64,000 nucleotides of DNA from Escherichia coli (GTDB lineage Bacteria > Pseudomonadota > Gammaproteobacteria > Enterobacterales > Enterobacteriaceae). The stretch lies in NCBI RefSeq assembly GCF_024700885.2, contig NZ_CP117016.1. One strand, 5' to 3'. The notes beneath the pieces were generated by a model. That model saw only the letters and a program-made list of their open reading frames with translations, searched no databases and had not been told where the DNA came from. Made by a program: the position numbers and the translations under genes. This document shows positions 10,944-22,656 of this stretch, piece by piece (position 1 is the first letter of the stretch; the number at the start of each line of letters is the position of its first letter).

Positions 10944-11576
10944 ATGGTGCTTGGCAAACCGCAAACAGACCCGACTCTCGAATGGTTCTTGTCTCATTGC
11001 CACATTCATAAGTACCCATCCAAGAGCACGCTTATTCACCAGGGTGAAAAAGCGGAAACGCTGTACTACATCGTTAAAGGCTCTGTGGCAGTGCTGATCA
11101 AAGACGAAGAGGGTAAAGAAATGATCCTCTCCTATCTGAATCAGGGTGATTTTATTGGCGAACTGGGCCTGTTTGAAGAGGGCCAGGAACGTAGCGCATG
11201 GGTACGTGCGAAAACCGCCTGTGAAGTGGCTGAAATTTCGTACAAAAAATTTCGCCAATTGATTCAGGTAAACCCGGACATTCTGATGCGTCTGTCTGCA
11301 CAGATGGCGCGTCGCCTGCAAGTCACTTCAGAGAAAGTGGGCAACCTGGCGTTCCTCGACGTGACGGGCCGCATTGCACAGACTCTGCTGAACCTGGCAA
11401 AACAACCGGATGCTATGACTCACCCGGACGGTATGCAAATCAAAATTACCCGTCAGGAAATCGGTCAGATTGTCGGCTGTTCTCGTGAAACCGTGGGACG
11501 CATTCTGAAGATGCTGGAAGATCAGAACCTGATCTCCGCACACGGTAAAACCATCGTCGTTTACGGCACTCGTTAA
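10944..11576 (+). CDS. crp: cAMP receptor protein CRP, 210 aa
   Basis: Translation [28 protein letters not shown]... with C-terminal HTH ([20 protein letters not shown]); matches remembered CRP exactly. Confidence 0.98.
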
Positions 11577-11586
11577 TCCCGTCGGA

Positions 11587-11620
11587 GTGGCGCGTTACTG
11601 AGTAGCGCGCCATTTTGTTT
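11587..11620 (+). terminator. Rho-independent terminator of crp
   Basis: tggcgcg ttactgagtag cgcgcca hairpin followed by ttttgttt, 10 bp after the crp stop. Confidence 0.7.
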
Positions 11621-11626
11621 CCCCAG

Positions 11627-13717
11627 ATGTGGCGCAGGCTGATTTATCACCCCGATATCAACTATGCACTTCGACAAACGCTGGTGCTATGTTTGCCCGT
11701 GGCCGTTGGGTTAATGCTTGGCGAATTACGATTCGGTCTGCTCTTCTCCCTCGTTCCTGCCTGTTGCAATATTGCGGGCCTTGATACGCCTCATAAACGT
11801 TTTTTCAAACGCTTAATCATTGGTGCGTCGCTGTTTGCCACCTGTAGCTTGCTGACACAGCTGTTACTGGCAAAAGATGTTCCCCTGCCCTTTTTGCTGA
11901 CCGGATTAACGCTGGTACTTGGCGTCACTGCTGAGCTGGGGCCATTGCACGCAAAATTGCTTCCCGCATCGCTGCTCGCCGCCATTTTTACCCTCAGTCT
12001 GGCGGGATACATGCCGGTCTGGGAACCGTTGCTCATCTATGCGTTGGGCACTCTCTGGTACGGATTGTTTAACTGGTTTTGGTTCTGGATCTGGCGCGAA
12101 CAACCGCTGCGCGAGTCACTAAGTCTGCTGTACCGTGAACTGGCAGATTATTGTGAAGCCAAATACAGCCTGCTTACCCAGCACACCGACCCTGAAAAAG
12201 CGCTGCCGCCGCTGCTGGTGCGCCAGCAAAAAGCGGTCGATTTAATTACCCAGTGCTATCAGCAAATGCATATGCTTTCCGCGCAAAATAATACCGATTA
12301 CAAGCGGATGCTGCGTATTTTCCAGGAGGCGCTGGATTTGCAGGAACATATTTCGGTCAGTTTGCATCAGCCGGAAGAGGTGCAAAAGCTGGTCGAGCGT
12401 AGCCATGCGGAGGAAGTTATTCGCTGGAATGCGCAAACCGTCGCCGCTCGCCTGCGCGTGCTGGCTGATGACATTCTTTACCATCGCCTGCCGACGCGTT
12501 TTACGATGGAAAAGCAAATTGGCGCACTGGAAAAAATCGCCCGCCAGCATCCGGATAATCCGGTTGGGCAATTCTGCTATTGGCATTTCAGCCGCATCGC
12601 CCGCGTGCTGCGCACCCAAAAACCGCTCTATGCCCGTGACTTACTGGCCGATAAACAGCGGCGAATGCCGTTACTTCCGGCGCTGAAAAGTTATCTGTCA
12701 CTAAAGTCTCCGGCGCTACGCAATGCCGGACGACTCAGTGTGATGTTAAGCGTTGCCAGCCTGATGGGCACCGCGCTGCATCTGCCGAAGTCGTACTGGA
12801 TCCTGATGACGGTATTGCTGGTGACGCAAAATGGCTATGGCGCAACCCGTCTGAGGATTGTGAATCGCTCCGTGGGAACCGTGGTCGGGTTAATCATTGC
12901 GGGCGTTGCCCTGCACTTTAAAATTCCCGAAGGTTACACCCTGACCTTGATGCTGATTACCACCCTCGCCAGCTACCTGATATTGCGCAAAAACTACGGC
13001 TGGGCGACGGTCGGCTTTACCATTACCGCAGTGTATACCCTGCAACTATTGTGGTTGAACGGCGAGCAATACATCCTTCCGCGTCTTATCGATACTATTA
13101 TTGGTTGTTTAATTGCTTTCGGTGGTACCGTCTGGCTGTGGCCGCAGTGGCAGAGCGGGTTATTGCGTAAGAACGCCCATGACGCTTTAGAAGCCTATCA
13201 GGAAGCGATTCGTTTGATTCTGAGCGAGGATCCGCAACCTACGCCACTGGCCTGGCAGCGAATGCGGGTGAATCAGGCGCATAACACTCTGTATAACTCA
13301 TTGAATCAGGCGATGCAGGAACCGGCATTCAACAGCCATTATCTGGCAGATATGAAACTGTGGGTAACGCACAGTCAGTTTATTGTTGAGCATATCAATG
13401 CCATGACCACGCTGGCACGGGAACACCGGGCATTGCCACCTGAACTGGCGCAAGAATATTTGCAGTCTTGTGAAATCGCCATTCAGCGTTGTCAGCAGCG
13501 GCTGGAGTATGACGAACCGGGTAGTTCCGGCGATGCCAATATCATGGATGCGCCGGAGATGCAGCCGCACGAAGGCGCGGCAGGTACGCTGGAGCAGCAT
13601 TTACAGCGGGTTATTGGTCATCTGAACACCATGCACACCATTTCGTCGATGGCATGGCGTCAGCGACCGCATCACGGGATTTGGCTGAGTCGCAAGTTGC
13701 GGGATTCGAAGGCGTAA
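11627..13717 (+). CDS. yhfK: YhfK, large inner-membrane protein of unknown function (putative efflux-type), about 696 aa
   Basis: ORF track 11615..13717 starts at a TTG; the first ATG (MWRRLIYHPD...) is at 11627. Multiple hydrophobic segments in two blocks separated by a soluble region. Confidence 0.85.
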   Translation: MWRRLIYHPDINYALRQTLVLCLPVAVGLMLGELRFGLLFSLVPACCNIAGLDTPHKRFFKRLIIGASLFATCSLLTQLLLAKDVPLPFLLTGLTLVLGVTAELGPLHAKLLPASLLAAIFTLSLAGYMPVWEPLLIYALGTLWYGLFNWFWFWIWREQPLRESLSLLYRELADYCEAKYSLLTQHTDPEKALPPLLVRQQKAVDLITQCYQQMHMLSAQNNTDYKRMLRIFQEALDLQEHISVSLHQPEEVQKLVERSHAEEVIRWNAQTVAARLRVLADDILYHRLPTRFTMEKQIGALEKIARQHPDNPVGQFCYWHFSRIARVLRTQKPLYARDLLADKQRRMPLLPALKSYLSLKSPALRNAGRLSVMLSVASLMGTALHLPKSYWILMTVLLVTQNGYGATRLRIVNRSVGTVVGLIIAGVALHFKIPEGYTLTLMLITTLASYLILRKNYGWATVGFTITAVYTLQLLWLNGEQYILPRLIDTIIGCLIAFGGTVWLWPQWQSGLLRKNAHDALEAYQEAIRLILSEDPQPTPLAWQRMRVNQAHNTLYNSLNQAMQEPAFNSHYLADMKLWVTHSQFIVEHINAMTTLAREHRALPPELAQEYLQSCEIAIQRCQQRLEYDEPGSSGDANIMDAPEMQPHEGAAGTLEQHLQRVIGHLNTMHTISSMAWRQRPHHGIWLSRKLRDSKA

Positions 13718-13738
13718 TACAGGCTACCTTCGGATACA

Positions 13739-15017
<1,279 letters not shown>

Positions 15018-15029
15018 TTACGCATAAAC

Positions 15030-15075
15030 CAATGTGAAATTATAATCACAAAATATGCATAAAAAATCACTGAAT
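15030..15075. promoter_or_regulatory. Putative tandem ARG boxes (ArgR operator) in the argD promoter region
   Basis: Two adjacent 18-bp segments (atgtgaaattataatcac and atatgcataaaaaatcac) approximate the TGAAT-w4-ATTCA palindrome, 3 bp apart, upstream of the argD start. Confidence 0.4.
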
Positions 15076-15087
15076 GGCAATCAGAAA

Positions 15088-15651
15088 TCAGCGATGCAGG
15101 AAATTAGCCAGCAGTTGATGTCCTTGTTCGCTGAGAATACTTTCCGGGTGGAACTGCACACCTTCCAGATCCCACTGGCGATGGCGAATCCCCATAATCT
15201 CGCGGGTTTCGCTCCAGGCCGTCACTTCAAAGCACGCTGGTAATGAGTCAGGTTCCACCACCAGCGAATGGTAGCGTGTCACGGTAAGTGGATTTGCCAG
15301 CCCCCGAAATACGCCCTCACCGCTATGTGTAATCGGCGAGGTTTTGCCGTGCATGACCTTTGCGGCGCGCACAACTTTGCCGCCAAATGCCTGTGCCATT
15401 GCCTGATGACCGAGGCAGACACCAAGAATCGGCAAGCGTCCGGCATAGTGGCGAATAACGTCAAGGGAGATCCCGGCTTCATCTGGCGTACAGGGGCCGG
15501 GTGAGATGACAATTTTTTGTGGTTTAAGGGCGTCGATATCCGCCAACGTCAACGCATCGTTGCGCTTAACCAGCACATCCGCCCCCAGTTCACAAAAGTA
15601 CTGGTAGAGGTTCCAGGTAAAAGAATCGTAGTTATCAATAAGCAGGATCAT
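15088..15651 (-). CDS. pabA: Aminodeoxychorismate synthase glutamine amidotransferase subunit PabA, 187 aa
   Basis: Class-I glutamine amidotransferase translation ([15 protein letters not shown] with catalytic Cys; HS...FHPES); matches remembered PabA. Confidence 0.95.
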   Translation of the reverse strand: MILLIDNYDSFTWNLYQYFCELGADVLVKRNDALTLADIDALKPQKIVISPGPCTPDEAGISLDVIRHYAGRLPILGVCLGHQAMAQAFGGKVVRAAKVMHGKTSPITHSGEGVFRGLANPLTVTRYHSLVVEPDSLPACFEVTAWSETREIMGIRHRQWDLEGVQFHPESILSEQGHQLLANFLHR

Positions 15652-15682
15652 GGCGGCTCCGGTACGAAAGAACCGCGCTATT

Positions 15683-16285
15683 TTACTCAGATTCCCCGGC
15701 TTCGCTTACCACTTTGCTAAATATCATCTGCAGCGCGGTGAGATCCCCCATTGCCCCACTCTGATTTGCCTGATTCCAGGCCTCTTTTTCGATACCCTGC
15801 CAGCTCAGTTGGTAGCCCGCATGAATCGCCAGTTGCTCGAAGAAGATCCGCTGTGCCAGACCACTTCCCACCCGAAAGGGATGCAGCACGTTGATTTCAC
15901 AATAGTAATGTGCCAGCCGCTCGACGAACTTCCCTTTCTCCAGGCCAACCAGATAACCTTCTTCCTCCAGATCCTGCATCAGGGCATTGCCCTCTTTTTC
16001 GATATAGGCAAAGTGGCAGAACGGCGTATCGCCCTGATAAATATCAACTTCACGCAGTTGCCCCGCCCAGTCGAAAATATCCTGATACAGCTGGCGATGG
16101 ATAGTGCGCAAATGCGGTAAACCGCGCACCAGCGGACCAAGCTCAATGGTCGCAGCACGCAGCGCCGTCATTTCGTAAGCGGCCTGTTCCAGCCGCTGCT
16201 GCTGGTGGATGTTCAGCCGGTTACGCATGATATCAAGGCCAGGATAAAGATACGGATCGCGCCCTTCGCCGAATTTATCGCTCAT
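15683..16285 (-). CDS. fic: Fic-domain protein Fic, 200 aa
   Basis: Translation [24 protein letters not shown]...; the Fic-motif position reads [12 protein letters not shown]. Confidence 0.9.
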   Translation of the reverse strand: MSDKFGEGRDPYLYPGLDIMRNRLNIHQQQRLEQAAYEMTALRAATIELGPLVRGLPHLRTIHRQLYQDIFDWAGQLREVDIYQGDTPFCHFAYIEKEGNALMQDLEEEGYLVGLEKGKFVERLAHYYCEINVLHPFRVGSGLAQRIFFEQLAIHAGYQLSWQGIEKEAWNQANQSGAMGDLTALQMIFSKVVSEAGESE

Positions 16286-16442
16286 AGTGCCTCCTCAGCT
16301 CTTCAAGGCGCGCTAAAGCCTCTGCGGCAGTAAGAGTGACTAAAGGCATCTCGACGCCTTCAAGACGGCGACTGGCCTGGAAATTACGATTACGCTGAAG
16401 CTCCCAGAGACGGGACTTTTGCTTATCGGTGAGTTTCTTCAC
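16275..16442 (-). CDS. yhfG: YhfG, 55-aa small protein, putative Fic partner / antitoxin-like
   Basis: Hand-translated minus-strand frame: GTG start (16440-16442), product [55 protein letters not shown]; its stop lies 11 nt inside the fic 5' end. Below the ORF-track size cutoff. Confidence 0.75.
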   Translation of the reverse strand: MKKLTDKQKSRLWELQRNRNFQASRRLEGVEMPLVTLTAAEALARLEELRRHYER

Positions 16443-16515
16443 TTGATGCCTCCCTGAACGTGTCCATTTGCCACAAGTATAAGCGGCAAATCCGGGTTAC
16501 GCCGGGAGAGCAGAA

Positions 16516-16537
16516 GCGCGGGCAAGATTGCCCGCGC
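16516..16537 (-). terminator. Hairpin downstream of ppiA (candidate terminator)
   Basis: gcgcgggcaagattgcccgcgc perfect inverted repeat about 10 bp 3' of the ppiA stop; the downstream U-tract is weak. Confidence 0.5.
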
Positions 16538-16546
16538 GAGAAATCA

Positions 16547-17128
<582 letters not shown>

Positions 17129-17248
17129 TTAACAAACAGAGCAGAAAAAAAGCAAGTGAAGAGATTCTAAATAGCCTTCAAGAACAAGGCCATCCCTTTA
17201 CCTAATTTTACGTATCTGAAATATATGTAACCTGACGATCACTTTTTA

Positions 17249-17270
17249 TTCTGTGATCAAAATCACCTCT
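17249..17270. promoter_or_regulatory. CRP-binding-site-like palindrome in the ppiA/tsgA divergent promoter region
   Basis: tctgTGTGAtcaaaaTCACctc is a near-perfect match to TGTGA-N6-TCACA; a second, weaker copy (agatcacaaaatcacc) lies at about 17313-17328. Confidence 0.6.
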
Positions 17271-17389
17271 TAAAATGCAATTTAGCAACCGATTGCAATA
17301 AAACATTTAATCAGATCACAAAATCACCTAAAATCGCCCGCTCGCGGCATAGCCCGCTATGCCATTTTATTTTTGAACGCAGGCCAATC

Positions 17390-18559
17390 ATGACTAACAG
17401 CAATCGCATCAAGCTCACATGGATTAGCTTTCTCTCCTACGCACTGACCGGTGCGTTGGTTATTGTCACCGGGATGGTGATGGGAAATATCGCCGATTAT
17501 TTCAATCTGCCTGTTTCCAGTATGAGTAACACCTTCACCTTCCTCAACGCCGGCATTTTAATCTCTATCTTCCTCAACGCCTGGCTGATGGAAATCGTCC
17601 CGTTGAAAACGCAGTTACGTTTTGGCTTTCTCCTGATGGTGCTGGCGGTTGCCGGTTTGATGTTCAGCCACAGCCTGGCGCTGTTCTCGGCGGCGATGTT
17701 CATTCTCGGGGTGGTCAGCGGCATCACCATGTCGATTGGTACATTCCTGATAACACAAATGTATGAAGGGCGTCAGCGCGGTTCCCGCCTGTTATTTACC
17801 GACTCCTTCTTCAGTATGGCCGGGATGATTTTCCCAATGATCGCCGCGTTTCTACTGGCGCGCAGCATTGAGTGGTACTGGGTTTATGCCTGCATCGGGC
17901 TGGTGTATGTCGCTATTTTTATTCTGACCTTCGGTTGTGAGTTCCCGGCACTGGGCAAACATGCACCAAAAACGGATGCTCCGGTAGTGAAAGAAAAATG
18001 GGGGATCGGCGTGCTGTTTCTCTCTGTTGCGGCGCTGTGCTACATCCTCGGTCAGTTAGGTTTTATCTCCTGGGTGCCGGAGTATGCCAAAGGCCTGGGC
18101 ATGAGCCTGAACGACGCTGGCACGCTGGTGAGTAACTTCTGGATGTCATATATGGTCGGCATGTGGGCGTTCAGCTTTATTCTTCGCTTCTTTGATTTGC
18201 AACGTATCCTGACCGTACTGGCGGGTCTGGCTGCGATTCTGATGTACGTCTTTAACACCGGAACACCGGCACATATGGCGTGGTCAATTCTCGCCCTGGG
18301 CTTCTTCTCCAGCGCGATCTATACCACCATCATCACCCTGGGTTCACAGCAGACCAAAGTACCGTCACCAAAACTGGTTAACTTTGTCCTGACCTGCGGG
18401 ACCATCGGTACTATGTTGACCTTTGTGGTTACCGGCCCGATTGTTGAACATAGCGGTCCGCAGGCGGCACTGCTTACAGCAAACGGTCTGTACGCTGTCG
18501 TCTTTGTGATGTGCTTCCTGTTAGGTTTCGTCAGCCGTCAGCCGTCACCGTCAGCATAA
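17390..18559 (+). CDS. tsgA: MFS-family transporter TsgA
   Basis: ORF track 389-aa translation with about 12 hydrophobic segments ([21 protein letters not shown]...); matches remembered TsgA. The annotated start might differ slightly. Confidence 0.88.
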   Translation: MTNSNRIKLTWISFLSYALTGALVIVTGMVMGNIADYFNLPVSSMSNTFTFLNAGILISIFLNAWLMEIVPLKTQLRFGFLLMVLAVAGLMFSHSLALFSAAMFILGVVSGITMSIGTFLITQMYEGRQRGSRLLFTDSFFSMAGMIFPMIAAFLLARSIEWYWVYACIGLVYVAIFILTFGCEFPALGKHAPKTDAPVVKEKWGIGVLFLSVAALCYILGQLGFISWVPEYAKGLGMSLNDAGTLVSNFWMSYMVGMWAFSFILRFFDLQRILTVLAGLAAILMYVFNTGTPAHMAWSILALGFFSSAIYTTIITLGSQQTKVPSPKLVNFVLTCGTIGTMLTFVVTGPIVEHSGPQAALLTANGLYAVVFVMCFLLGFVSRQPSPSA

Positions 18560-18738
18560 CACCCTGACCTCTCATTAATTGCTCATGCCGGGCGGCGCTA
18601 TCGTCGTCCGGCCTTTTCCTCTCTTACCCTGCTACGTACATCTATTTCTATAAACCCGTTCATTTTGTCTGTTTTTTGCACAAACATGAAATGTCAGACA
18701 ATTCCGTGACTTAAGAAAATTTATACAAATCAGCAATA

Positions 18739-18754
18739 TACCCCTTAAGGAGTA
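18739..18754. promoter_or_regulatory. NarL/NarP 7-2-7 heptamer pair in the nirB promoter
   Basis: TACCCCT-ta-AGGAGTA inverted heptamers, centred 28 bp upstream of the FNR box centre, as expected for the known -69.5 / -41.5 architecture. Confidence 0.75.
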
Positions 18755-18767
18755 TATAAAGGTGAAT

Positions 18768-18781
18768 TTGATTTACATCAA
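18768..18781. promoter_or_regulatory. FNR box of the nirB promoter
   Basis: TTGATttacATCAA, a perfect FNR consensus, about 60 bp upstream of the nirB ATG. Confidence 0.85.
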
Positions 18782-18839
18782 TAAGCGGGGTTGCTGAATC
18801 GTTAAGGTAGGCGGTAATAGAAAAGAAATCGAGGCAAAA

Positions 18840-21383
18840 ATGAGCAAAGTCAGACTCGCAATTATCGGTAACGGTATGGTCGGCCATCGCTTTATCGAAG
18901 ATCTTCTTGATAAATCTGATGCGGCCAACTTTGATATTACCGTTTTCTGTGAAGAACCGCGCATCGCTTATGACCGCGTACACCTCTCGTCTTACTTCTC
19001 TCACCACACCGCCGAAGAGCTGTCGCTGGTGCGCGAAGGCTTCTACGAGAAACACGGCATCAAAGTTCTGGTCGGCGAACGCGCTATCACCATCAACCGT
19101 CAGGAGAAGGTGATTCACTCCAGCGCCGGGCGCACCGTTTTTTATGACAAGCTGATCATGGCGACCGGTTCCTACCCGTGGATCCCGCCAATCAAAGGTT
19201 CTGATACCCAGGACTGCTTTGTCTATCGCACCATTGAAGACCTCAACGCCATTGAATCCTGCGCCCGTCGCAGCAAACGCGGTGCCGTTGTTGGCGGCGG
19301 CCTGTTAGGTCTGGAAGCCGCTGGCGCGCTGAAAAACTTAGGTATTGAAACCCACGTTATCGAATTTGCCCCTATGCTGATGGCGGAACAGCTTGATCAG
19401 ATGGGCGGCGAGCAGCTGCGTCGCAAAATCGAAAGTATGGGCGTGCGCGTTCACACCAGCAAAAACACCCTTGAGATTGTGCAGGAAGGTGTTGAAGCGC
19501 GTAAAACCATGCGTTTTGCCGACGGCAGCGAACTGGAAGTCGACTTTATCGTCTTCTCTACCGGTATCCGTCCGCGCGATAAGCTGGCAACCCAGTGTGG
19601 TCTGGACGTTGCTCCGCGTGGGGGTATCGTCATAAATGATTCCTGCCAGACTTCCGATCCGGATATCTACGCCATCGGTGAATGCGCAAGCTGGAACAAC
19701 CGTGTATTTGGTCTGGTAGCACCTGGCTACAAAATGGCGCAGGTCGCCGTTGACCATATTCTTGGTAGCGAAAACGCCTTTGAAGGTGCTGACCTTAGCG
19801 CCAAGTTGAAACTGCTGGGCGTAGACGTAGGCGGTATTGGTGATGCGCACGGTCGCACGCCTGGCGCACGTAGCTACGTTTACCTCGACGAAAGCAAAGA
19901 GATCTACAAACGCCTGATTGTCAGCGAAGACAACAAAACCCTGCTCGGTGCGGTACTGGTGGGCGATACCAGCGACTACGGTAACCTGCTGCAACTGGTG
20001 CTGAACGCGATCGAGCTGCCGGAAAACCCGGATTCTCTGATTCTGCCGGCGCACTCTGGTAGCGGTAAGCCGTCTATCGGTGTTGATAAACTGCCGGACA
20101 GCGCGCAAATCTGCTCCTGCTTCGACGTCACCAAAGGCGATCTGATTGCTGCCATCAACAAAGGCTGCCACACCGTTGCGGCGCTGAAAGCTGAAACCAA
20201 AGCGGGTACTGGCTGCGGTGGCTGTATCCCGCTGGTCACTCAGGTACTGAACGCAGAACTGGCGAAACAGGGCATCGAAGTTAACAACAACCTGTGCGAA
20301 CACTTTGCTTATTCGCGTCAGGAACTGTTCCATTTAATCCGCGTTGAAGGCATTAAAACCTTCGAAGAACTGCTGGCGAAACACGGCAAAGGCTACGGTT
20401 GTGAAGTTTGTAAACCGACCGTAGGTTCGCTGCTGGCCTCCTGCTGGAACGAATACATTCTGAAGCCGGAACATACTCCGCTGCAGGATTCAAACGACAA
20501 CTTCCTCGCTAACATCCAGAAAGACGGCACCTACTCGGTGATCCCGCGTTCTCCGGGCGGTGAAATCACCCCGGAAGGGCTGATGGCAGTAGGTCGTATC
20601 GCGCGTGAATTTAATCTCTACACCAAAATCACCGGCTCCCAGCGCCTGGCGATGTTTGGCGCACAGAAAGACGATCTGCCGGAGATCTGGCGTCAGCTGA
20701 TTGAAGCCGGCTTCGAAACCGGTCATGCCTATGCGAAAGCACTGCGTATGGCGAAAACCTGCGTGGGTAGCACCTGGTGCCGCTACGGTGTTGGCGACAG
20801 CGTCGGCCTCGGCGTGGAACTGGAAAACCGCTACAAAGGCATCCGTACGCCGCACAAAATGAAGTTCGGTGTCTCCGGCTGTACCCGTGAATGTTCAGAA
20901 GCTCAGGGTAAAGACGTGGGTATTATCGCCACTGAAAAAGGCTGGAACCTGTATGTTTGCGGTAACGGCGGCATGAAACCGCGTCATGCGGATCTGCTGG
21001 CAGCGGATATCGATCGCGAAACGCTGATCAAATATCTCGACCGCTTCATGATGTTCTACATCCGTACCGCCGACAAACTGACGCGTACCGCGCCGTGGTT
21101 AGAAAACCTTGAAGGCGGCATCGATTACCTGAAAGCGGTGATCATTGACGACAAACTGGGGCTGAACGCACATCTGGAAGAAGAGATGGCGCGCCTGCGT
21201 GAAGCGGTAGTATGTGAGTGGACTGAAACGGTCAATACGCCGTCTGCGCAGACTCGCTTCAAACACTTCATCAACAGCGACAAGCGTGACCCGAACGTGC
21301 AGATGGTGCCAGAGCGCGAACAGCACCGTCCGGCAACGCCGTATGAACGTATCCCGGTAACTCTGGTGGAGGACAACGCATGA
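18840..21383 (+). CDS. nirB: NADH-dependent nitrite reductase large subunit NirB, 847 aa
   Basis: Translation with FAD/NAD Rossmann motifs (IIGNGMVG, VVGGGLLGLEAAG) and sirohaem/Fe-S cysteine cluster; matches remembered NirB. Confidence 0.97.
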   Translation: MSKVRLAIIGNGMVGHRFIEDLLDKSDAANFDITVFCEEPRIAYDRVHLSSYFSHHTAEELSLVREGFYEKHGIKVLVGERAITINRQEKVIHSSAGRTVFYDKLIMATGSYPWIPPIKGSDTQDCFVYRTIEDLNAIESCARRSKRGAVVGGGLLGLEAAGALKNLGIETHVIEFAPMLMAEQLDQMGGEQLRRKIESMGVRVHTSKNTLEIVQEGVEARKTMRFADGSELEVDFIVFSTGIRPRDKLATQCGLDVAPRGGIVINDSCQTSDPDIYAIGECASWNNRVFGLVAPGYKMAQVAVDHILGSENAFEGADLSAKLKLLGVDVGGIGDAHGRTPGARSYVYLDESKEIYKRLIVSEDNKTLLGAVLVGDTSDYGNLLQLVLNAIELPENPDSLILPAHSGSGKPSIGVDKLPDSAQICSCFDVTKGDLIAAINKGCHTVAALKAETKAGTGCGGCIPLVTQVLNAELAKQGIEVNNNLCEHFAYSRQELFHLIRVEGIKTFEELLAKHGKGYGCEVCKPTVGSLLASCWNEYILKPEHTPLQDSNDNFLANIQKDGTYSVIPRSPGGEITPEGLMAVGRIAREFNLYTKITGSQRLAMFGAQKDDLPEIWRQLIEAGFETGHAYAKALRMAKTCVGSTWCRYGVGDSVGLGVELENRYKGIRTPHKMKFGVSGCTRECSEAQGKDVGIIATEKGWNLYVCGNGGMKPRHADLLAADIDRETLIKYLDRFMMFYIRTADKLTRTAPWLENLEGGIDYLKAVIIDDKLGLNAHLEEEMARLREAVVCEWTETVNTPSAQTRFKHFINSDKRDPNVQMVPEREQHRPATPYERIPVTLVEDNA

Positions 21384-21706
21384 GCCAGTGGAAAGACATC
21401 TGCAAAATCGATGACATCCTGCCTGAAACCGGCGTCTGCGCGCTGTTAGGTGACGAGCAGGTAGCAATTTTCCGCCCGTATCACAGCGACCAGGTGTTTG
21501 CGATCAGCAACATCGACCCGTTCTTCGAGTCCAGCGTGCTGTCACGCGGGCTGATTGCGGAACATCAGGGCGAGCTGTGGGTCGCCAGCCCGCTGAAAAA
21601 ACAACGTTTTCGCTTAAGCGACGGCTTGTGCATGGAAGACGAACAGTTTTCCGTCAAGCACTACGAAGCACGTGTGAAAGACGGCGTGGTACAGCTGCGC
21701 GGTTAA
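21380..21706 (+). CDS. nirD: Nitrite reductase small subunit NirD, 108 aa
   Basis: Start overlaps the nirB stop by 4 nt; translation MSQWKDICKIDDILPETGV... matches remembered NirD. Confidence 0.95.
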   Translation: MSQWKDICKIDDILPETGVCALLGDEQVAIFRPYHSDQVFAISNIDPFFESSVLSRGLIAEHQGELWVASPLKKQRFRLSDGLCMEDEQFSVKHYEARVKDGVVQLRG

Positions 21707-21714
21707 TATTTTAA

Positions 21715-21742
21715 CGGGAGGCGCAATGCCTCCCCTTTTTGC
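21715..21742 (+). terminator. Intra-operon hairpin with T-run between nirD and nirC (partial terminator / attenuator)
   Basis: gggaggcgcaatgcctccc followed by cttttt, 9 bp after the nirD stop. Confidence 0.6.
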
Positions 21743-21831
21743 ATGGTCCTGTAATAACCTTCGGTATATTGCAGGACATTTTTTAAACTTTTTGTTTTAT
21801 TTTTTGTTTTTATTTTTTAAAGGATAATCAA

Positions 21832-22638
21832 ATGTTTACAGACACTATTAATAAGTGTGCGGCTAACGCTGCGCGCATTGCACGCCTGTCGGCAAATAAC
21901 CCGCTCGGCTTCTGGGTCAGCTCCGCAATGGCGGGCGCGTATGTGGGTCTTGGGATCATCCTGATTTTCACGCTCGGTAATTTGCTCGATCCGTCCATAC
22001 GTCCGCTGGTGATGGGCGCGACCTTTGGTATCGCCTTAACGCTGGTGATTATCGCCGGTTCTGAACTGTTCACCGGACACACCATGTTCCTCACCTTTGG
22101 GGTGAAAGCGGGCACTATCAGCCACGGGCAAATGTGGGCAATCCTGCCGCAAACCTGGCTGGGTAACCTGGTCGGTTCCGTCTTCGTTGCCATGCTCTAT
22201 AGCTGGGGCGGCGGTAGCCTGCTGCCGGTAGATACCAGCATCGTTCACTCCGTCGCGCTGGCAAAAACCACTGCACCGGCAATGGTACTGTTCTTCAAAG
22301 GTGCATTGTGTAACTGGCTGGTTTGCCTGGCAATCTGGATGGCGCTGCGCACTGAAGGGGCGGCGAAATTTATCGCTATCTGGTGGTGTCTGCTGGCATT
22401 TATCGCGTCCGGCTACGAGCACTCCATCGCTAACATGACGCTGTTCGCCCTCTCCTGGTTTGGCAACCACAGCGAAGCCTACACGCTGGCGGGTATTGGT
22501 CATAACCTGCTGTGGGTGACGCTGGGTAATACTTTATCAGGTGCCGTATTCATGGGATTGGGTTATTGGTATGCTACGCCGAAAGCGAATCGTCCGGTTG
22601 CGGACAAATTTAATCAAACTGAAACAGCTGCCGGTTAA
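21832..22638 (+). CDS. nirC: Nitrite transporter NirC (formate/nitrite transporter family), 268 aa
   Basis: Multi-TM translation MFTDTINKCAANAARIARLSANN...; matches remembered NirC. Confidence 0.95.
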   Translation: MFTDTINKCAANAARIARLSANNPLGFWVSSAMAGAYVGLGIILIFTLGNLLDPSIRPLVMGATFGIALTLVIIAGSELFTGHTMFLTFGVKAGTISHGQMWAILPQTWLGNLVGSVFVAMLYSWGGGSLLPVDTSIVHSVALAKTTAPAMVLFFKGALCNWLVCLAIWMALRTEGAAKFIAIWWCLLAFIASGYEHSIANMTLFALSWFGNHSEAYTLAGIGHNLLWVTLGNTLSGAVFMGLGYWYATPKANRPVADKFNQTETAAG

Positions 22639-22656
22639 TTACTAAGGGGTTTTTAC

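Noticed and set aside
10770-11321. 183-aa minus-strand ORF overlapping the crp promoter and 5' coding region
   Set aside because: Antisense to crp; no recognisable domain. A divergent antisense transcript is plausible here but a protein product is not supported.
19338-20333. 331-aa minus-strand ORF inside nirB
   Set aside because: Antisense shadow frame within a highly conserved enzyme gene; low-complexity translation.
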